NCBI GenBank assembly: GCA_024650005.2
Contig: CP122380.1
Location: 64,001-128,000, forward strand
From: Candidatus Bathyarchaeum tardum
GTDB lineage: Archaea; Thermoproteota; Bathyarchaeia; Bathyarchaeales; Bathyarchaeaceae
Reading direction: 5' to 3'
Length of the DNA: 64,000 nucleotides
Below the pieces are notes generated by a model that worked only from the letters and a program-made list of their open reading frames with translations, was not told the origin of the DNA and did not search any database. Of this stretch, positions 18,739 to 28,637 are shown in pieces. Positions within the stretch are counted from its first letter, which is position 1, and the number at the start of each line of letters is the position of its first letter. The position numbers and the translations under genes are program-made.

Positions 18739-20124
18739 GTGATGGATTTCGACGTTATAATTGTAGGTGCTGGTCCGGCTGGAATCTTTTCTGCCCTTGA
18801 GTTAGCTGACAAAACAGACCTTAAAGTCTTGCTTTTGGACAGAGGCTCATCCATAGACGAGCGCAAATGCCCTGCCAGTAGAGGATTAGGCTGTTTAAAC
18901 TGTGACCCATGCTCCCTGTTAGCGGGATGGGGAGGCGCAGGTGCATTCAGTGACGGAAAACTTACCTTGTCCACAGAAGTTGGTGGATGGCTCAATGAAT
19001 ACTGCAACGAAAAAGAACTATGGGACTTATTACATTACGTTGACGACAAGTACATCGAGTTTGGAGCAACCAAACACATTTACAGTGTTGATCAACAAAC
19101 CTTTGAAGCCCTAGAACAGAAAGCATCCCTTGCAGGATTAAAGTTAGTTCAACAAAAAGTCCGCCATATGGGTACAGAAAAATGTGCTGAAACTCTTCGT
19201 ATGATGCGAGAACATATAGAAGACAAGGTTGACATTCGAACCCGAACAAACGTAAAAACACTCCTAGTCAAAGATGGAGAAATCCAAGGCGTAGAAACAA
19301 CCAAGGGAGAAAAATTTTACGCAAAATATGTCATTTTAGCCCCCGGAAGAATTGGAGCACAATGGCTTAAAACGGAAGCAGAACTTCTTGGACTAAAAAC
19401 ACTAAACAATCCAGTAGACATTGGGGTCCGTGTTGAGCTTCAAGCTGCTGTTATGGCAAATCTTACAAAAACCTTGTATGAGCCTAAGTTGATTTATCAT
19501 TCTAAATCCTTTGATGATCAAGTTAGAACTTTCTGTGTTTCTCCATTGGGAGAAGTTATCACTGAATCCTATGACGGCGTGTTAACAGTAAACGGACAAA
19601 GTTACGCTGAACGAAAAACCAAAAACACAAACTTTGCTATTCTAGTTAGCACTTCTTTCACTGAACCCTTCCGGGAACCCATCGCATACGGAAAATACAT
19701 TGCCCGACTTTCAAACTTGCTCAGCGGAAGCGTAATTGTCCAAAGATTAGGCGACCTAAAAGCTGGACGACGCTCAACCGAAGCACGAATAAAACGAAGC
19801 CTATGCGTTCCAACCCTAAAGAACGCTATACCGGGTGATTTGAGTTTTGTTTTGCCTTACCGTTACTTGTCAGACATTAAAGAAATGCTCCAAGCATTGG
19901 ACAAAATCTCACCGGGTGTTTACTCAAATGACACTTTACTGTATGGAGTTGAAGTCAAATTCTATTCCACACGCCTTGAATTAACCCGCCAGCTTGAAAC
20001 AAAAATCAAAAACGTATTCACAATCGGTGACGGCGCAGGAGTAAGCCGAGGACTCATTCAAGCTTCAGCTTCAGGGGTTATTGTTGCCAACGAGATTGCA
20101 AAACGTGAAAAACAAAACATATAA
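18739..20124 (+). CDS. NAD(P)/FAD-dependent oxidoreductase
   Basis: VIIVGAGPAG, GWGGAGAFSDGKL, TIGDGAGVSRGLIQASASG. Confidence 0.88.
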   Translation: MMDFDVIIVGAGPAGIFSALELADKTDLKVLLLDRGSSIDERKCPASRGLGCLNCDPCSLLAGWGGAGAFSDGKLTLSTEVGGWLNEYCNEKELWDLLHYVDDKYIEFGATKHIYSVDQQTFEALEQKASLAGLKLVQQKVRHMGTEKCAETLRMMREHIEDKVDIRTRTNVKTLLVKDGEIQGVETTKGEKFYAKYVILAPGRIGAQWLKTEAELLGLKTLNNPVDIGVRVELQAAVMANLTKTLYEPKLIYHSKSFDDQVRTFCVSPLGEVITESYDGVLTVNGQSYAERKTKNTNFAILVSTSFTEPFREPIAYGKYIARLSNLLSGSVIVQRLGDLKAGRRSTEARIKRSLCVPTLKNAIPGDLSFVLPYRYLSDIKEMLQALDKISPGVYSNDTLLYGVEVKFYSTRLELTRQLETKIKNVFTIGDGAGVSRGLIQASASGVIVANEIAKREKQNI

Positions 20125-20184
20125 TCTTCCCCATTTTTGGGCACATTTTTTATTCTTATAACAAATAGCGCTAGTTTTGATGTT

Positions 20185-20262
20185 TGGTGGGACCGCCCGG
20201 ATTTGAACCGGGGTCACGAACGTCCGAGGCTCATAGCCTAGACCATGCTAGCCGACGGTCCC
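20185..20262 (-). tRNA. tRNA-Pro(CGG), CCA encoded
   Basis: GGGACCG acceptor stem, anticodon loop CT-CGG-AC, GGTTCAAATCC T-arm, ends ACCA. Confidence 0.95.
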
Positions 20263-20409
20263 TGTTTTATTGGATGGTACTGCAGTTTTAGATAAGGATT
20301 CTCGTCTAAGAATTTTGATTTCAACCCAACTGATTTCAGCTATTTTTTGGGTTATTGATAGCTGAAGCTGGTTTAAGACTATACATTAAACAAAAAGTAA
20401 AAAAATATT

Positions 20410-20553
20410 TTACTGGGTAAATTTGTCGCGGTTGCGTTTGAATTTCTTTTTGCATTTAACGCTGCAGAAGTAGTAGGTTTCTCCGTCGTGAGTGATTTTA
20501 TATTTGGCGGTTTTTTCGTTCAGGTTTACGCCGCACACTGGGTCTCTTGGCAT
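20410..20553 (-). CDS. YHS/TRASH domain small metal-binding protein
   Basis: Not in ORF track (47 aa): MPRDPVCGVNLNEKTAKYKITHDGETYYFCSVKCKKKF. Confidence 0.85.
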   Translation of the reverse strand: MPRDPVCGVNLNEKTAKYKITHDGETYYFCSVKCKKKFKRNRDKFTQ

Positions 20554-20730
20554 TTTGTTTCCTTCTTCTCACAAATAGGGAAAGGTATTAGATAAGCTCT
20601 TTGCATGCTAAACGTCGATTTGGAGGCTTTTTTACCAATAAAGAGTTCATTTAATGGTCAAAGTTTTTGTCAGGTAATGTTTAAAAGTTCAATTTCAGTA
20701 AACGTGAAGCTGTAAAGGATAGGACGTTTT

Positions 20731-20919
20731 ATGGTTGACGTTAAAATTGGTGACAGAATAAAGATTCCTGTTCACAGTGTTTTTCATCAAGAAGCTGAAC
20801 ACTACGGCAAAGTCGTATACATCAGCGAAGACAAAGAAACAATAACCGTAAAATGTGAACGCAAACATGGCGGCAAAACAGTCGCATTCAACATCGCTCT
20901 TGTACCAAGACAATATTAA
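20731..20919 (+). CDS. Small SH3/KOW-like hypothetical protein
   Basis: VKIGDRIKI...GKVVYISED..TITVKC beta-barrel pattern; AGGA RBS upstream. Confidence 0.6.
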   Translation: MVDVKIGDRIKIPVHSVFHQEAEHYGKVVYISEDKETITVKCERKHGGKTVAFNIALVPRQY

Positions 20920-21102
20920 ACAATTACATTTTTCATAAAAGCGCATTGAAATGCACTCGACCTGAACTAAGTGCAGGGTGCTAAGTTTTGTGAAAACTAG
21001 GTGTAATAACCCTCAAACCATGTTATTAGCTCAATAATATAGTTCAGTGTTAAAACAATTTTTTCCAAACCAAAGAAAACAAAAATGTAAGCCTAAACGA
21101 AA

Positions 21103-21894
21103 CTATTTTTCTCGGCTAAAGGAACCTTTGCCGCCATTCTTAGAAATGTAATCTATTGCAGAATCTGTAGATTTTTCTAAAATGCTTTCTGCACTTTTAT
21201 AGTCTTCAGCGGCAACTACAATTCGATAATTTGGGGGAGAAACAAGATAGATGGCTACTTCGGCTCCTTCGGCTTCACCTACTTCTTGAGCTTGCTTGAG
21301 AGCATCCTTGATTACAAGAACTCCCTTTGGACTAGGATTTTGTAGGTCCAAAATTCCTTTCACATTAACTAAAGAAACCTGAATTTTATCCTGGGCAATT
21401 TCAGTTAAAGCGTCAGCAAGTTCTTGATTAATACCTAACTCAAGGAGAACTTCAACACCATCTTTTGCAGTCTTTTCCAGACCTTCATACAATGCCCCAA
21501 AAGCATTTTCGATTAGGGCTCCCCCTTGTTCATAGGCGTCTTCAAAACTAATGTTAAGTTTCTCAGCAGCAGTCCGAAGAAGACTTTCGGCTTTTCGGTC
21601 TTTCTTCCAAGACTGAATTTTTTCTTTCTTATCCCGTTTTGTTACTCGTCTACGGGAAAGATCAACTTGACCTTTGTCTGCTTTAACACGTAAAACTTTA
21701 AGAACAACTTTTTGGCCCTCACGAACATAATCCCGAATGTTTCGAACCCAACGGGAAGCCACTTCAGAAACATGCAAAAGACCCTCTTTGTCGTATTCGT
21801 CAAGCCTAACATAAACGCCGTAATCGGTTATTCGTTCAACCGTGGCGATTACTAAATCGCCAACTTCAGGCCATTCAGGTCTCCTTAAACTCAT
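21103..21894 (-). CDS. eif2a: Translation initiation factor aIF2 alpha
   Basis: WPEVGDLVIATV S1 domain, LLHVSEVASRWVRNIRD, VDLSRRRV, PPNYRI. Confidence 0.96.
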   Translation of the reverse strand: MSLRRPEWPEVGDLVIATVERITDYGVYVRLDEYDKEGLLHVSEVASRWVRNIRDYVREGQKVVLKVLRVKADKGQVDLSRRRVTKRDKKEKIQSWKKDRKAESLLRTAAEKLNISFEDAYEQGGALIENAFGALYEGLEKTAKDGVEVLLELGINQELADALTEIAQDKIQVSLVNVKGILDLQNPSPKGVLVIKDALKQAQEVGEAEGAEVAIYLVSPPNYRIVVAAEDYKSAESILEKSTDSAIDYISKNGGKGSFSREK

Positions 21895-21919
21895 GTTTCT
21901 TATTTCCCTTTTTTCTACC

Positions 21920-22117
21920 TTACTCTAATTCGGCAGTAATTTCGCCCTTGACTGCGACCTTTCCACCAGAAGGCTCAGCCAACACTGCACTACAAACATT
22001 GCAACAAACAGATGTTGTAGCATGACTGAAAACAAATTGTTCATTTCCACAGTCAGGACATTTTATTCGATAGAAACTGCTTTTAGGTTTTGGTATAACT
22101 TTATCCCATTCACTCAA
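21920..22117 (-). CDS. rps27e: 30S ribosomal protein S27e
   Basis: PKSSFYRIKCPDCGNEQFVFSHA...C..C..VLAEPSGGK. Confidence 0.96.
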   Translation of the reverse strand: MSEWDKVIPKPKSSFYRIKCPDCGNEQFVFSHATTSVCCNVCSAVLAEPSGGKVAVKGEITAELE

Positions 22118-22134
22118 TATTTTTCCACTCCATT

Positions 22135-22422
22135 TTAGACTATGGTCAATTTCTTAAGGCGCATACCTTTTTTATGGCGCATAAAGCCACAACTCTTGCA
22201 TTTGAGTCGCAGCGTCATTTTCTTAGTTACTTTTGCAAACTTTCTTTGCCGGGGGAATTTTTGTCCACCATAGCCTTTCTTTTCCCGCAGTTCGTGAGCT
22301 CGCTCACCTTTGGCTAAGGCTCTCCTCTTACCTGCCTTGTACAAGGAAACAGTGTGAACTTTATGAGTCTGACACTTAGGGCAGTACGTGTTTACTTCTT
22401 TTGGAGTATTCATTGCGACCAC
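22135..22422 (-). CDS. rpl44e: 50S ribosomal protein L44e
   Basis: TYCPKCQTHKVH...GYGGQKFP...KVTKKMTLRLKCKSCG. Confidence 0.96.
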   Translation of the reverse strand: MVAMNTPKEVNTYCPKCQTHKVHTVSLYKAGKRRALAKGERAHELREKKGYGGQKFPRQRKFAKVTKKMTLRLKCKSCGFMRHKKGMRLKKLTIV

Positions 22423-22690
22423 TGACTAGTTAAGTATAACACAGCTCCCTTAATTACTATTTATCTGTTTCTTTTTAAAAACAGAAACGCATATCAAAAC
22501 ACAAAATAAATTTTTGATTTTAAGAAATTATGCCATAAAATTTTAGATGTACCAAAATAAACCATTTACAGATATAAATAAAGTGGAGAGCACATTTTGG
22601 CGCATAAACCAAAAAAATGGTTCAAATAAAGAAAATGTTGCACTACCAAAACGTGCTTGGAAAGTGCTTAATCTCCAGATTTTTTAGAGC

Positions 22691-23188
22691 TTATATGTCG
22701 TCTGCTAGATATTTGAGGTCAAAGTCTCGCAGGGTGTTTCCTGAACCTATGCTTACAAGGAATGATTCAAAATTATCCAACGAAGAGCCCCAATCCATAG
22801 AGAACGAACGGATAAATGCCGAATAGGCGGAATAGTCTTTGTGGAATGAGATTAAAATTAAGTCCTTTCCAAAACCTTCACCATCAGTGGCAAATATCAC
22901 ATTAGGACGTTTGGCTATCCATTCTTTGGATGTTTTCATCATCGCCTCGAAAGTTGTGTTTTCGGGGTTTGTTTTCATTTTTGCGAGAGTGAATGCCATT
23001 ATTTGGTAACCAAGTTTTTTGAAGTCAGGAATTATTGTGTAGGTATTGATGTATTCTTTTTCGATTCTAGCCCGAGTTCTGGAAACTGTGGGTTGTGAGA
23101 CGCCAAGAATGCCAGCTAATTCGCGATCGCTTTTTTTGGAGTTTTTAAGCATTTCACTTACTAGTCTAAGGAGTTTTTGCTGTTTCAT
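22691..23188 (-). CDS. Lrp/AsnC family transcriptional regulator
   Basis: NSKKSDRELAGILGVSQPTVSR HTH, PDFKKLGY linker. Confidence 0.88.
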   Translation of the reverse strand: MKQQKLLRLVSEMLKNSKKSDRELAGILGVSQPTVSRTRARIEKEYINTYTIIPDFKKLGYQIMAFTLAKMKTNPENTTFEAMMKTSKEWIAKRPNVIFATDGEGFGKDLILISFHKDYSAYSAFIRSFSMDWGSSLDNFESFLVSIGSGNTLRDFDLKYLADDI

Positions 23189-23419
23189 AATATAATATCT
23201 TATGTAAGTCCTTTAAAAGTTTGATGCATTCTATAGCATCTCCTTTATAAAGAGACGGGGGTTCAACAATAGTTTTGATACATTTTTTCCAATTTTTGTA
23301 CGCTATAACAGGATGAAATGAGTGAAAATACAAAGGCAAACAGGTACCAAATGAATGAAAAATTAAAAAATATAGAATAATGAGCTGAAAAGAATTATTT
23401 TGAAAATAATTATTTTAAG

Positions 23420-23968
23420 TTATTTTGCGTCAACTTGTACAGCCAAACCTTGTTTAACTAGAATCCGAGCATTTTCTTGGGGCAAGGTTGCGATATCTTC
23501 AGGCATAAAGGGACCATAAGTTTTCATGTCTGCCCCAATTAAAGAAGTAATTTCCTGAACAAAACGAAGAACACAAGTATCTTGTTTTGATCCTTTTTTT
23601 ACAACTGACAAATGACCACGAAGAATGTCCTTCGAGAAAGCATAATATTCTTCCGACAAAGGCAATGCAGATTCATACAATTTTTTTTCTTCTTCAGACA
23701 AGGTGTCAGAGGGCACTGGTTCGCGACAAAGAGCTTTTTCTTGAAGTTTTTGGTAACGCAAACATAAAAGTTCTCCAACCATAACTTTGAAATAACTAAT
23801 TTCAGTGTGCAACAATTGGGCTTTTGGGGTCTTTTTATCTAACATCCGATTTTCGACTTTCAATTTTTTATAATAAGAAGTAATTTTACTATAGAAGTTA
23901 GTTGGAAGACGCTGAAGGTCTTCATGTTCTTTTTCCTTTTTCCAAAGTTCATACACTTCATTATACAA
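23420..23968 (-). CDS. GINS complex subunit (Gins15/Gins51 type)
   Basis: LQRLPTNFY A-domain; C-terminal B-domain IGADMKTYGPF..EDIATLP.ENARILVKQG; directly downstream of priS. Confidence 0.88.
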   Translation of the reverse strand: MYNEVYELWKKEKEHEDLQRLPTNFYSKITSYYKKLKVENRMLDKKTPKAQLLHTEISYFKVMVGELLCLRYQKLQEKALCREPVPSDTLSEEEKKLYESALPLSEEYYAFSKDILRGHLSVVKKGSKQDTCVLRFVQEITSLIGADMKTYGPFMPEDIATLPQENARILVKQGLAVQVDAK

Positions 23969-23973
23969 GGTAA

Positions 23974-25221
23974 CTAAACCACCTTTGCGAAACCTTTACA
24001 CAGTAACATCAACGCTGCTGCAGTAGGCAACTCAACATCTTGTTGATCATATGGACCGTAAAGTTGGTCCTCTACCCTAAACTGAGGCGCGCTTGAAACA
24101 TGAACAGTAACATCCCCCTTCTTAAAAGCTACTGCACTCTTTAGAGGATCAAAATCATCAATTCGGTTAGCAGAAAATTCAAGTTTTTTCAACCCTGTTT
24201 TCCCATGCAAAGAATTAAGGAGCCGAATCAGTCGATTAACGTCAGGAGTAACCACTGTGTCTATGTTCACGGACTGTTTCTCCACACCATATTCAGCAAT
24301 TTGCCGCCAAGTATCTGCACTAATATCTTTAATTGCACCCCAAGGACCTTTCTCTTTCCAACTTTCCAAAATTGAGTCTCTGTATGTAAGTATGACATTT
24401 ATGTGCCGAGGCTTTAAGCCAGCACGCATTAAGTCTTCTTTTGAAGCAGTTTGGATAAAGTCGTAAGTTCCTTTAGCCAACCGACCCCTCCAACCTTTGT
24501 CATTTAAGTCAGGACCAGAGACCTTCTTTTCAGAAGTTGCACTTTTTCCTAAACCATGAAATTTCGCTTCTAAACCAATCCCCATCACATAATCAACTAT
24601 TTCTTTGCGACCCAAAGAATCCAAGTCTCGAATGGACTTATCTTCCACGTGAACATGGTATCCTCTATGCCCAGAAAAAGCTACAGTTAATTCTTGTAAA
24701 GAAAACCCAAAATCCGCTGATAATACATCTAAAAGTTTGATCGCTTCAACCTTGGAAGCTTCTAAACAGATGTCACAGGGCATAGTTTTCTCTTTAAATT
24801 TAGTTCCAGTACACTTGAAACATTTAGAGGGATGCTTCCCTTTCCCCGAGACACCACAAGTGGTACAAACCCAAAAATCGTGAAGGGACGCACATGGAGT
24901 TGGTATATGGTCAGCATCTATATCAAAAACCAAGTCAGCACCAAGCCATCCTTTTGATTTCATTTCTTCCATTGGTCGTTCATAATACGCACTGGAATAG
25001 TAAGCATCTGAAGGCACAGTAGAAATTAATGAAGACCGTATTCCTTCCACATTCCTGAACCCTTTGTGTCTAACCATAACTTTTTTGTCAAGAAGAAGAA
25101 AACCAAACTCCCGTCGCTGCAAAGATGAAGGCGCCATAATTGAGGCGGAATTTTCTTTGTAGTATTCAGCAAATTTGTTTTGAATAAATGTCTGGGATAA
25201 AGAGGACATGTTTTTCTGCAC
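23974..25221 (-). CDS. priS: DNA primase small (catalytic) subunit with Zn-ribbon insertion
   Basis: REFGF, YYSSAYY, LVFDIDAD, FSGHRGYHVHV, IDTVVTPDVNRLIRL..SLHGKTG. Confidence 0.95.
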   Translation of the reverse strand: MQKNMSSLSQTFIQNKFAEYYKENSASIMAPSSLQRREFGFLLLDKKVMVRHKGFRNVEGIRSSLISTVPSDAYYSSAYYERPMEEMKSKGWLGADLVFDIDADHIPTPCASLHDFWVCTTCGVSGKGKHPSKCFKCTGTKFKEKTMPCDICLEASKVEAIKLLDVLSADFGFSLQELTVAFSGHRGYHVHVEDKSIRDLDSLGRKEIVDYVMGIGLEAKFHGLGKSATSEKKVSGPDLNDKGWRGRLAKGTYDFIQTASKEDLMRAGLKPRHINVILTYRDSILESWKEKGPWGAIKDISADTWRQIAEYGVEKQSVNIDTVVTPDVNRLIRLLNSLHGKTGLKKLEFSANRIDDFDPLKSAVAFKKGDVTVHVSSAPQFRVEDQLYGPYDQQDVELPTAAALMLLCKGFAKVV

Positions 25222-25321
25222 AATTTACAATAAAACAAAAACAATATTTAAACAAAATTAGAGCCCAAATAACTTAGAAAAAAGCTTGTAATTTTATATT
25301 AACCTTGTACAATAGTATATT

Positions 25322-25576
25322 TTGAGTACCATGAAAAAACTAAAAAACAAAAGGAGTTCCAAAAAAGAAGAGGGCGAAGAAAATGAAACCATGGACATTT
25401 ATGACGAAAAACAACTAGAAGAAATGCTAGATAACGACGAAATAACTGAAGCCGAATATAGTTTCATGCTAGGAAGAGAAAAAGTCCGAAAAGAAAAGAG
25501 ACTAGGTCTTGAAAGAAAAGAACATCAAGACAGTCATTCAGGCGAATTAGCAAAAACAGAATACGAAGACGATTGA
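25322..25576 (+). CDS. Small highly charged hypothetical protein
   Basis: Open frame with DIYDEKQLEEMLDNDEITEAEYSFMLG acidic core; own TATA-like box upstream. Confidence 0.6.
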   Translation: MSTMKKLKNKRSSKKEEGEENETMDIYDEKQLEEMLDNDEITEAEYSFMLGREKVRKEKRLGLERKEHQDSHSGELAKTEYEDD

Positions 25577-25582
25577 GCAAGA

Positions 25583-26629
25583 TTATTTGTTATCAGTTGT
25601 AGATTCAGCTTCTTCAACAGGTTGTTCTTCAGGAATGTTCTTCAATTTTCGTTTGTAACAAATCAGAGGATTCACTGCTCCTTGGCATTCTGGATCACGT
25701 GAAACACAAATTCCATGAGTGTGTAAGGTGGCACAGTTGGGGGGAGTGTATTTTGTACCTGAACCGCGGGTTCCGGCAATGTGCTCTACTTGATAGCGAG
25801 TCATTCGTTCATTGAAGTCTGAAACAGAACGGAAAAAACTGAAAACATCTTCTGAACTCATACCAATACTAATCATAAAAGACGTTAACCCGAATCGCCC
25901 CAAATGGGAAACAGGACGACCAGCTGAAACCCGATTATAAACATCCTTGATACAAGGAGGAAAAGCTTCCATCACTACCCGCTCGGGCATTTGTTCAAGA
26001 CGGATTTGCTCTTGTTTTTCTGCTGCTAATTCCCTCAATTTATTGACACGATCAAACAGAGCAGGAGGAAGAGAACGAATCGTTGTATCAAGGCGATTTT
26101 CAATATACTTCCGAACCTCTTCTTCTAATAAGCGGCTTACCTCTCGCGTTGTAAGATAAACTGCACCATCAACCAATAAATGGTTAACAAGTTTCCAGTT
26201 TTTGTCATGAAAACCTGTCGCGTTACGTAAGAAAATTGGAAAATTTACTGTAAAAGAATAGGGCTGAAAACTAAGATCATCAACAAGTTTTGCATTCCAA
26301 CCAAAATTGTTTGTAATCTCCAAGAGTTTTTCCTTTTCTTCATTTTCTAGTAAAGCAGATGCACGTTTTGCTTCTGCTAGGGCGTATCTACTTTTTATAA
26401 AGGATTCTTCAGTCGCAACAACCAGCATGATAGCGATTGGAAAAGAAAAAATTTCAATCTCATGATCTTTTGGTTCATCACGAGGTTGAGTTTTGGAATA
26501 TGCCGACATATCAAGTAAAGCGTCGTGGATCCGCTTTTCGGCACGATCCAAAAAAGGAACAAAAAAATCACTTTCTAGATCGCTAATATCTAGACCCATT
26601 TGTCTTACGTGATCAGCAGCATCTTTCAT
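25583..26629 (-). CDS. priL: DNA primase large subunit (N-terminus likely extends upstream of 26629)
   Basis: RYALAEAKRA, WKLVNH, FPPCI, H.GRF, TRYQVEHIAG, YTPPNC...C...C Fe-S domain. Confidence 0.93.
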   Translation of the reverse strand: MKDAADHVRQMGLDISDLESDFFVPFLDRAEKRIHDALLDMSAYSKTQPRDEPKDHEIEIFSFPIAIMLVVATEESFIKSRYALAEAKRASALLENEEKEKLLEITNNFGWNAKLVDDLSFQPYSFTVNFPIFLRNATGFHDKNWKLVNHLLVDGAVYLTTREVSRLLEEEVRKYIENRLDTTIRSLPPALFDRVNKLRELAAEKQEQIRLEQMPERVVMEAFPPCIKDVYNRVSAGRPVSHLGRFGLTSFMISIGMSSEDVFSFFRSVSDFNERMTRYQVEHIAGTRGSGTKYTPPNCATLHTHGICVSRDPECQGAVNPLICYKRKLKNIPEEQPVEEAESTTDNK

Positions 26630-26689
26630 GAAAGGATATTTTGCTCGGTCGTAAGCAGTTAGTAACTGCTTAACCTCCTACATTGTTTG

Positions 26690-27451
26690 TTATTCTACTT
26701 CTATTCTAGGAGCCAAGAAAAACTTTAGGCTTCCTTCTTTTTCTTGCTTAAAATCCAGTTGGATTGGCATGTCAGTAGAAAATTCAATAACAACAATTTC
26801 TGAAGTAGGCACAGCAGCTTTCACAATTTCAGAAAGGTAACTCAAACTAAAAGTGGCTTTAGAAGCTTCTTTTGCTTTCATTTCCAAAAGAACATCAGAG
26901 CCGGTAGCAAATTCAATTTTTGCCCCCATTATGTCCCCTGCTGCAGTCATAATCATCTTGTCATTATCAGCCTCAATTCTTACATGGTCACTTACCAAAG
27001 AAGCGTCTTCGATAGCTTCACGGAGTCCCTGAGTAGTAGTTTTTGCACAGACATTAAACGTGACTTTTGGAGTTGGAACTTCTTCATCCATGGCTTCCAA
27101 GGTAGGCATATGGAATGTACGTGAGTAATTTCCTTTAATTGAAATTTTGAGTTTTCCAGTTTTTTCATCTAAAGAAAGTTCAACTGATTCGTCTTTACCT
27201 GTACGCCTAAGCAACTTCAGCATTTCACTGATGTTGATGCACATTTTCATGGGTTCAACACAAGAATATTCATCAAATACAGTTTTTGGCCATTCGAAAT
27301 CAACCATGGCAACTCGTGAGGGGTCCATTGCGCGAAGCTTGATTCCCTCGGGTGTTACATCAAAAGTGGCTTCGTCTACCAATATCGAAATGGCGCCCAT
27401 CATGTCTTTCAAAAATTTTGCATCAGCCATTTTCGCCTTGAACATTATCAA
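26690..27451 (-). CDS. pcn: DNA polymerase sliding clamp PCNA
   Basis: LRAMDPSRVAMVD, FSLSYL, FFLAPRIE. Confidence 0.97.
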   Translation of the reverse strand: MIMFKAKMADAKFLKDMMGAISILVDEATFDVTPEGIKLRAMDPSRVAMVDFEWPKTVFDEYSCVEPMKMCINISEMLKLLRRTGKDESVELSLDEKTGKLKISIKGNYSRTFHMPTLEAMDEEVPTPKVTFNVCAKTTTQGLREAIEDASLVSDHVRIEADNDKMIMTAAGDIMGAKIEFATGSDVLLEMKAKEASKATFSLSYLSEIVKAAVPTSEIVVIEFSTDMPIQLDFKQEKEGSLKFFLAPRIEVE

Positions 27452-27560
27452 ATCTCCGTTAGCATTTATGTTTAAACTACCTATAATTTAAGGTGTTTGA
27501 TTCCTAAACATGATCAATAAAAAGAATAGTTTAGACCGTTAATACAGCAAAAAGAAAAAA

Positions 27561-27917
27561 TTAGCTGTATTCACGGAAAGTATAGTTACATTTTGTACAA
27601 CGGAAAAACTGTGTAGAAGATTCGTCAGTTCCCCTTGTTTGTACTTGCCATGCATAAGCTGTATTGTTCCCACATTTTGGACATTCTATTCTTACGGTAG
27701 GCAAAGTACGAAGTTTTTGTTGTTCTTTATCGATAATAGCTATGGAGGCATCGGAAGAATGGTCTATAGTTTTAGGTACAACAGATGGTTTTTCTCCAGT
27801 TTTTCGTTTGTAGCCACATTTGGGGCATACAAGGTAGAAAACAGGTTTTTTTGAATTCTTTTCGCGACGTGAAACAAGTCGCATTCCGCAATCAGGACAA
27901 AACTCCACGCTATTCAC
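27561..27917 (-). CDS. tfs: Transcription factor S (TFS/RpoM)
   Basis: FCPDCG...CPKCG and CPKCGN...QTRGTDESSTQFFRCTKC with DE acidic pair. Confidence 0.93.
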   Translation of the reverse strand: MNSVEFCPDCGMRLVSRREKNSKKPVFYLVCPKCGYKRKTGEKPSVVPKTIDHSSDASIAIIDKEQQKLRTLPTVRIECPKCGNNTAYAWQVQTRGTDESSTQFFRCTKCNYTFREYS

Positions 27918-27947
27918 CTCATGGTTCTGCGCAATCTGGGTTACAGT

Positions 27948-28556
27948 TTAATCATTTAAATCTTTGCTTTGAATCTGACTTAAACCAGAGGCAATTATAT
28001 GGGCTACACGCAATGCCTCAGGAATCTTAGCAATGGTTAAAGTTTTTTTCAGAATTTTTTGGGCGTCTTCACACGAGATGCCTGCAACCTGTAAATAAAC
28101 AGGTTTTAATCCAGGTTTAACTTCAACTTCAAAAAGCTCACCAACATTTTGTATAGCATTCCATCGCACATCAAAGTCTGGAAGATTTAGTAAAGCGGCT
28201 TTTATTTCATCTAAATTTGGGTTTTCTTCCACAACTGTAACTACAGGCAAACCAATCAAAGTGAAAAGTTTACGAATATCTACAACGTTAAACCCACCAA
28301 AAGTAATACCGTTTAAAAAAACCACACGAATTTCTCCATAATAGGGAGAATTTTTAATCATTAAAGCAAAATTTTCTGTAGCATCTAAACCATCAATTGT
28401 TATTTTGGTTTTCATTACACCTTCAAACAAGTACGCCCCACGATAGACAACCCCCACAATGTCTACTGTTCCTTTAGTATGAGGAACAAACGTTCCATCA
28501 TCAATACCTAAGACGCGAATTTCAGGCTTTATTGAACGAAAAGGTTTAGGAAACAA
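27948..28556 (-). CDS. DUF99 (UPF0215) endonuclease V-like protein
   Basis: RVLGIDDG, DGLDAT, GITFGGFNVVD, IPEALRVAHIIASG. Confidence 0.88.
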   Translation of the reverse strand: MFPKPFRSIKPEIRVLGIDDGTFVPHTKGTVDIVGVVYRGAYLFEGVMKTKITIDGLDATENFALMIKNSPYYGEIRVVFLNGITFGGFNVVDIRKLFTLIGLPVVTVVEENPNLDEIKAALLNLPDFDVRWNAIQNVGELFEVEVKPGLKPVYLQVAGISCEDAQKILKKTLTIAKIPEALRVAHIIASGLSQIQSKDLND

Positions 28557-28637
28557 AATTGTTCATTAGCCAATCAGTTTGCTTAGCCTTTAAATTTTGT
28601 TTATACATTAAATAGACTTTAACAAGCAGGGAAGTAC

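Noticed and set aside
18375-19007. 210-aa minus-strand ORF
   Set aside because: Antisense to the PAC4-like and FAD oxidoreductase genes; composition typical of a shadow frame
20185-20262. Integrated element at tRNA-Pro or tRNA-Ser
   Set aside because: No integrase and no duplicated tRNA 3' end (att site) found in the window
20951-20982. Short inverted repeats (TGCACT...AGTGCA, GCACTC...GGGTGC)
   Set aside because: Short, lying between convergent genes; most simply a terminator-like hairpin or chance
26678-26683. Pyrrolysine/amber readthrough at ATG-TAG upstream of priL
   Set aside because: No pyl genes or other in-frame TAG cases in the window; the RBS position favours initiation downstream of the TAG
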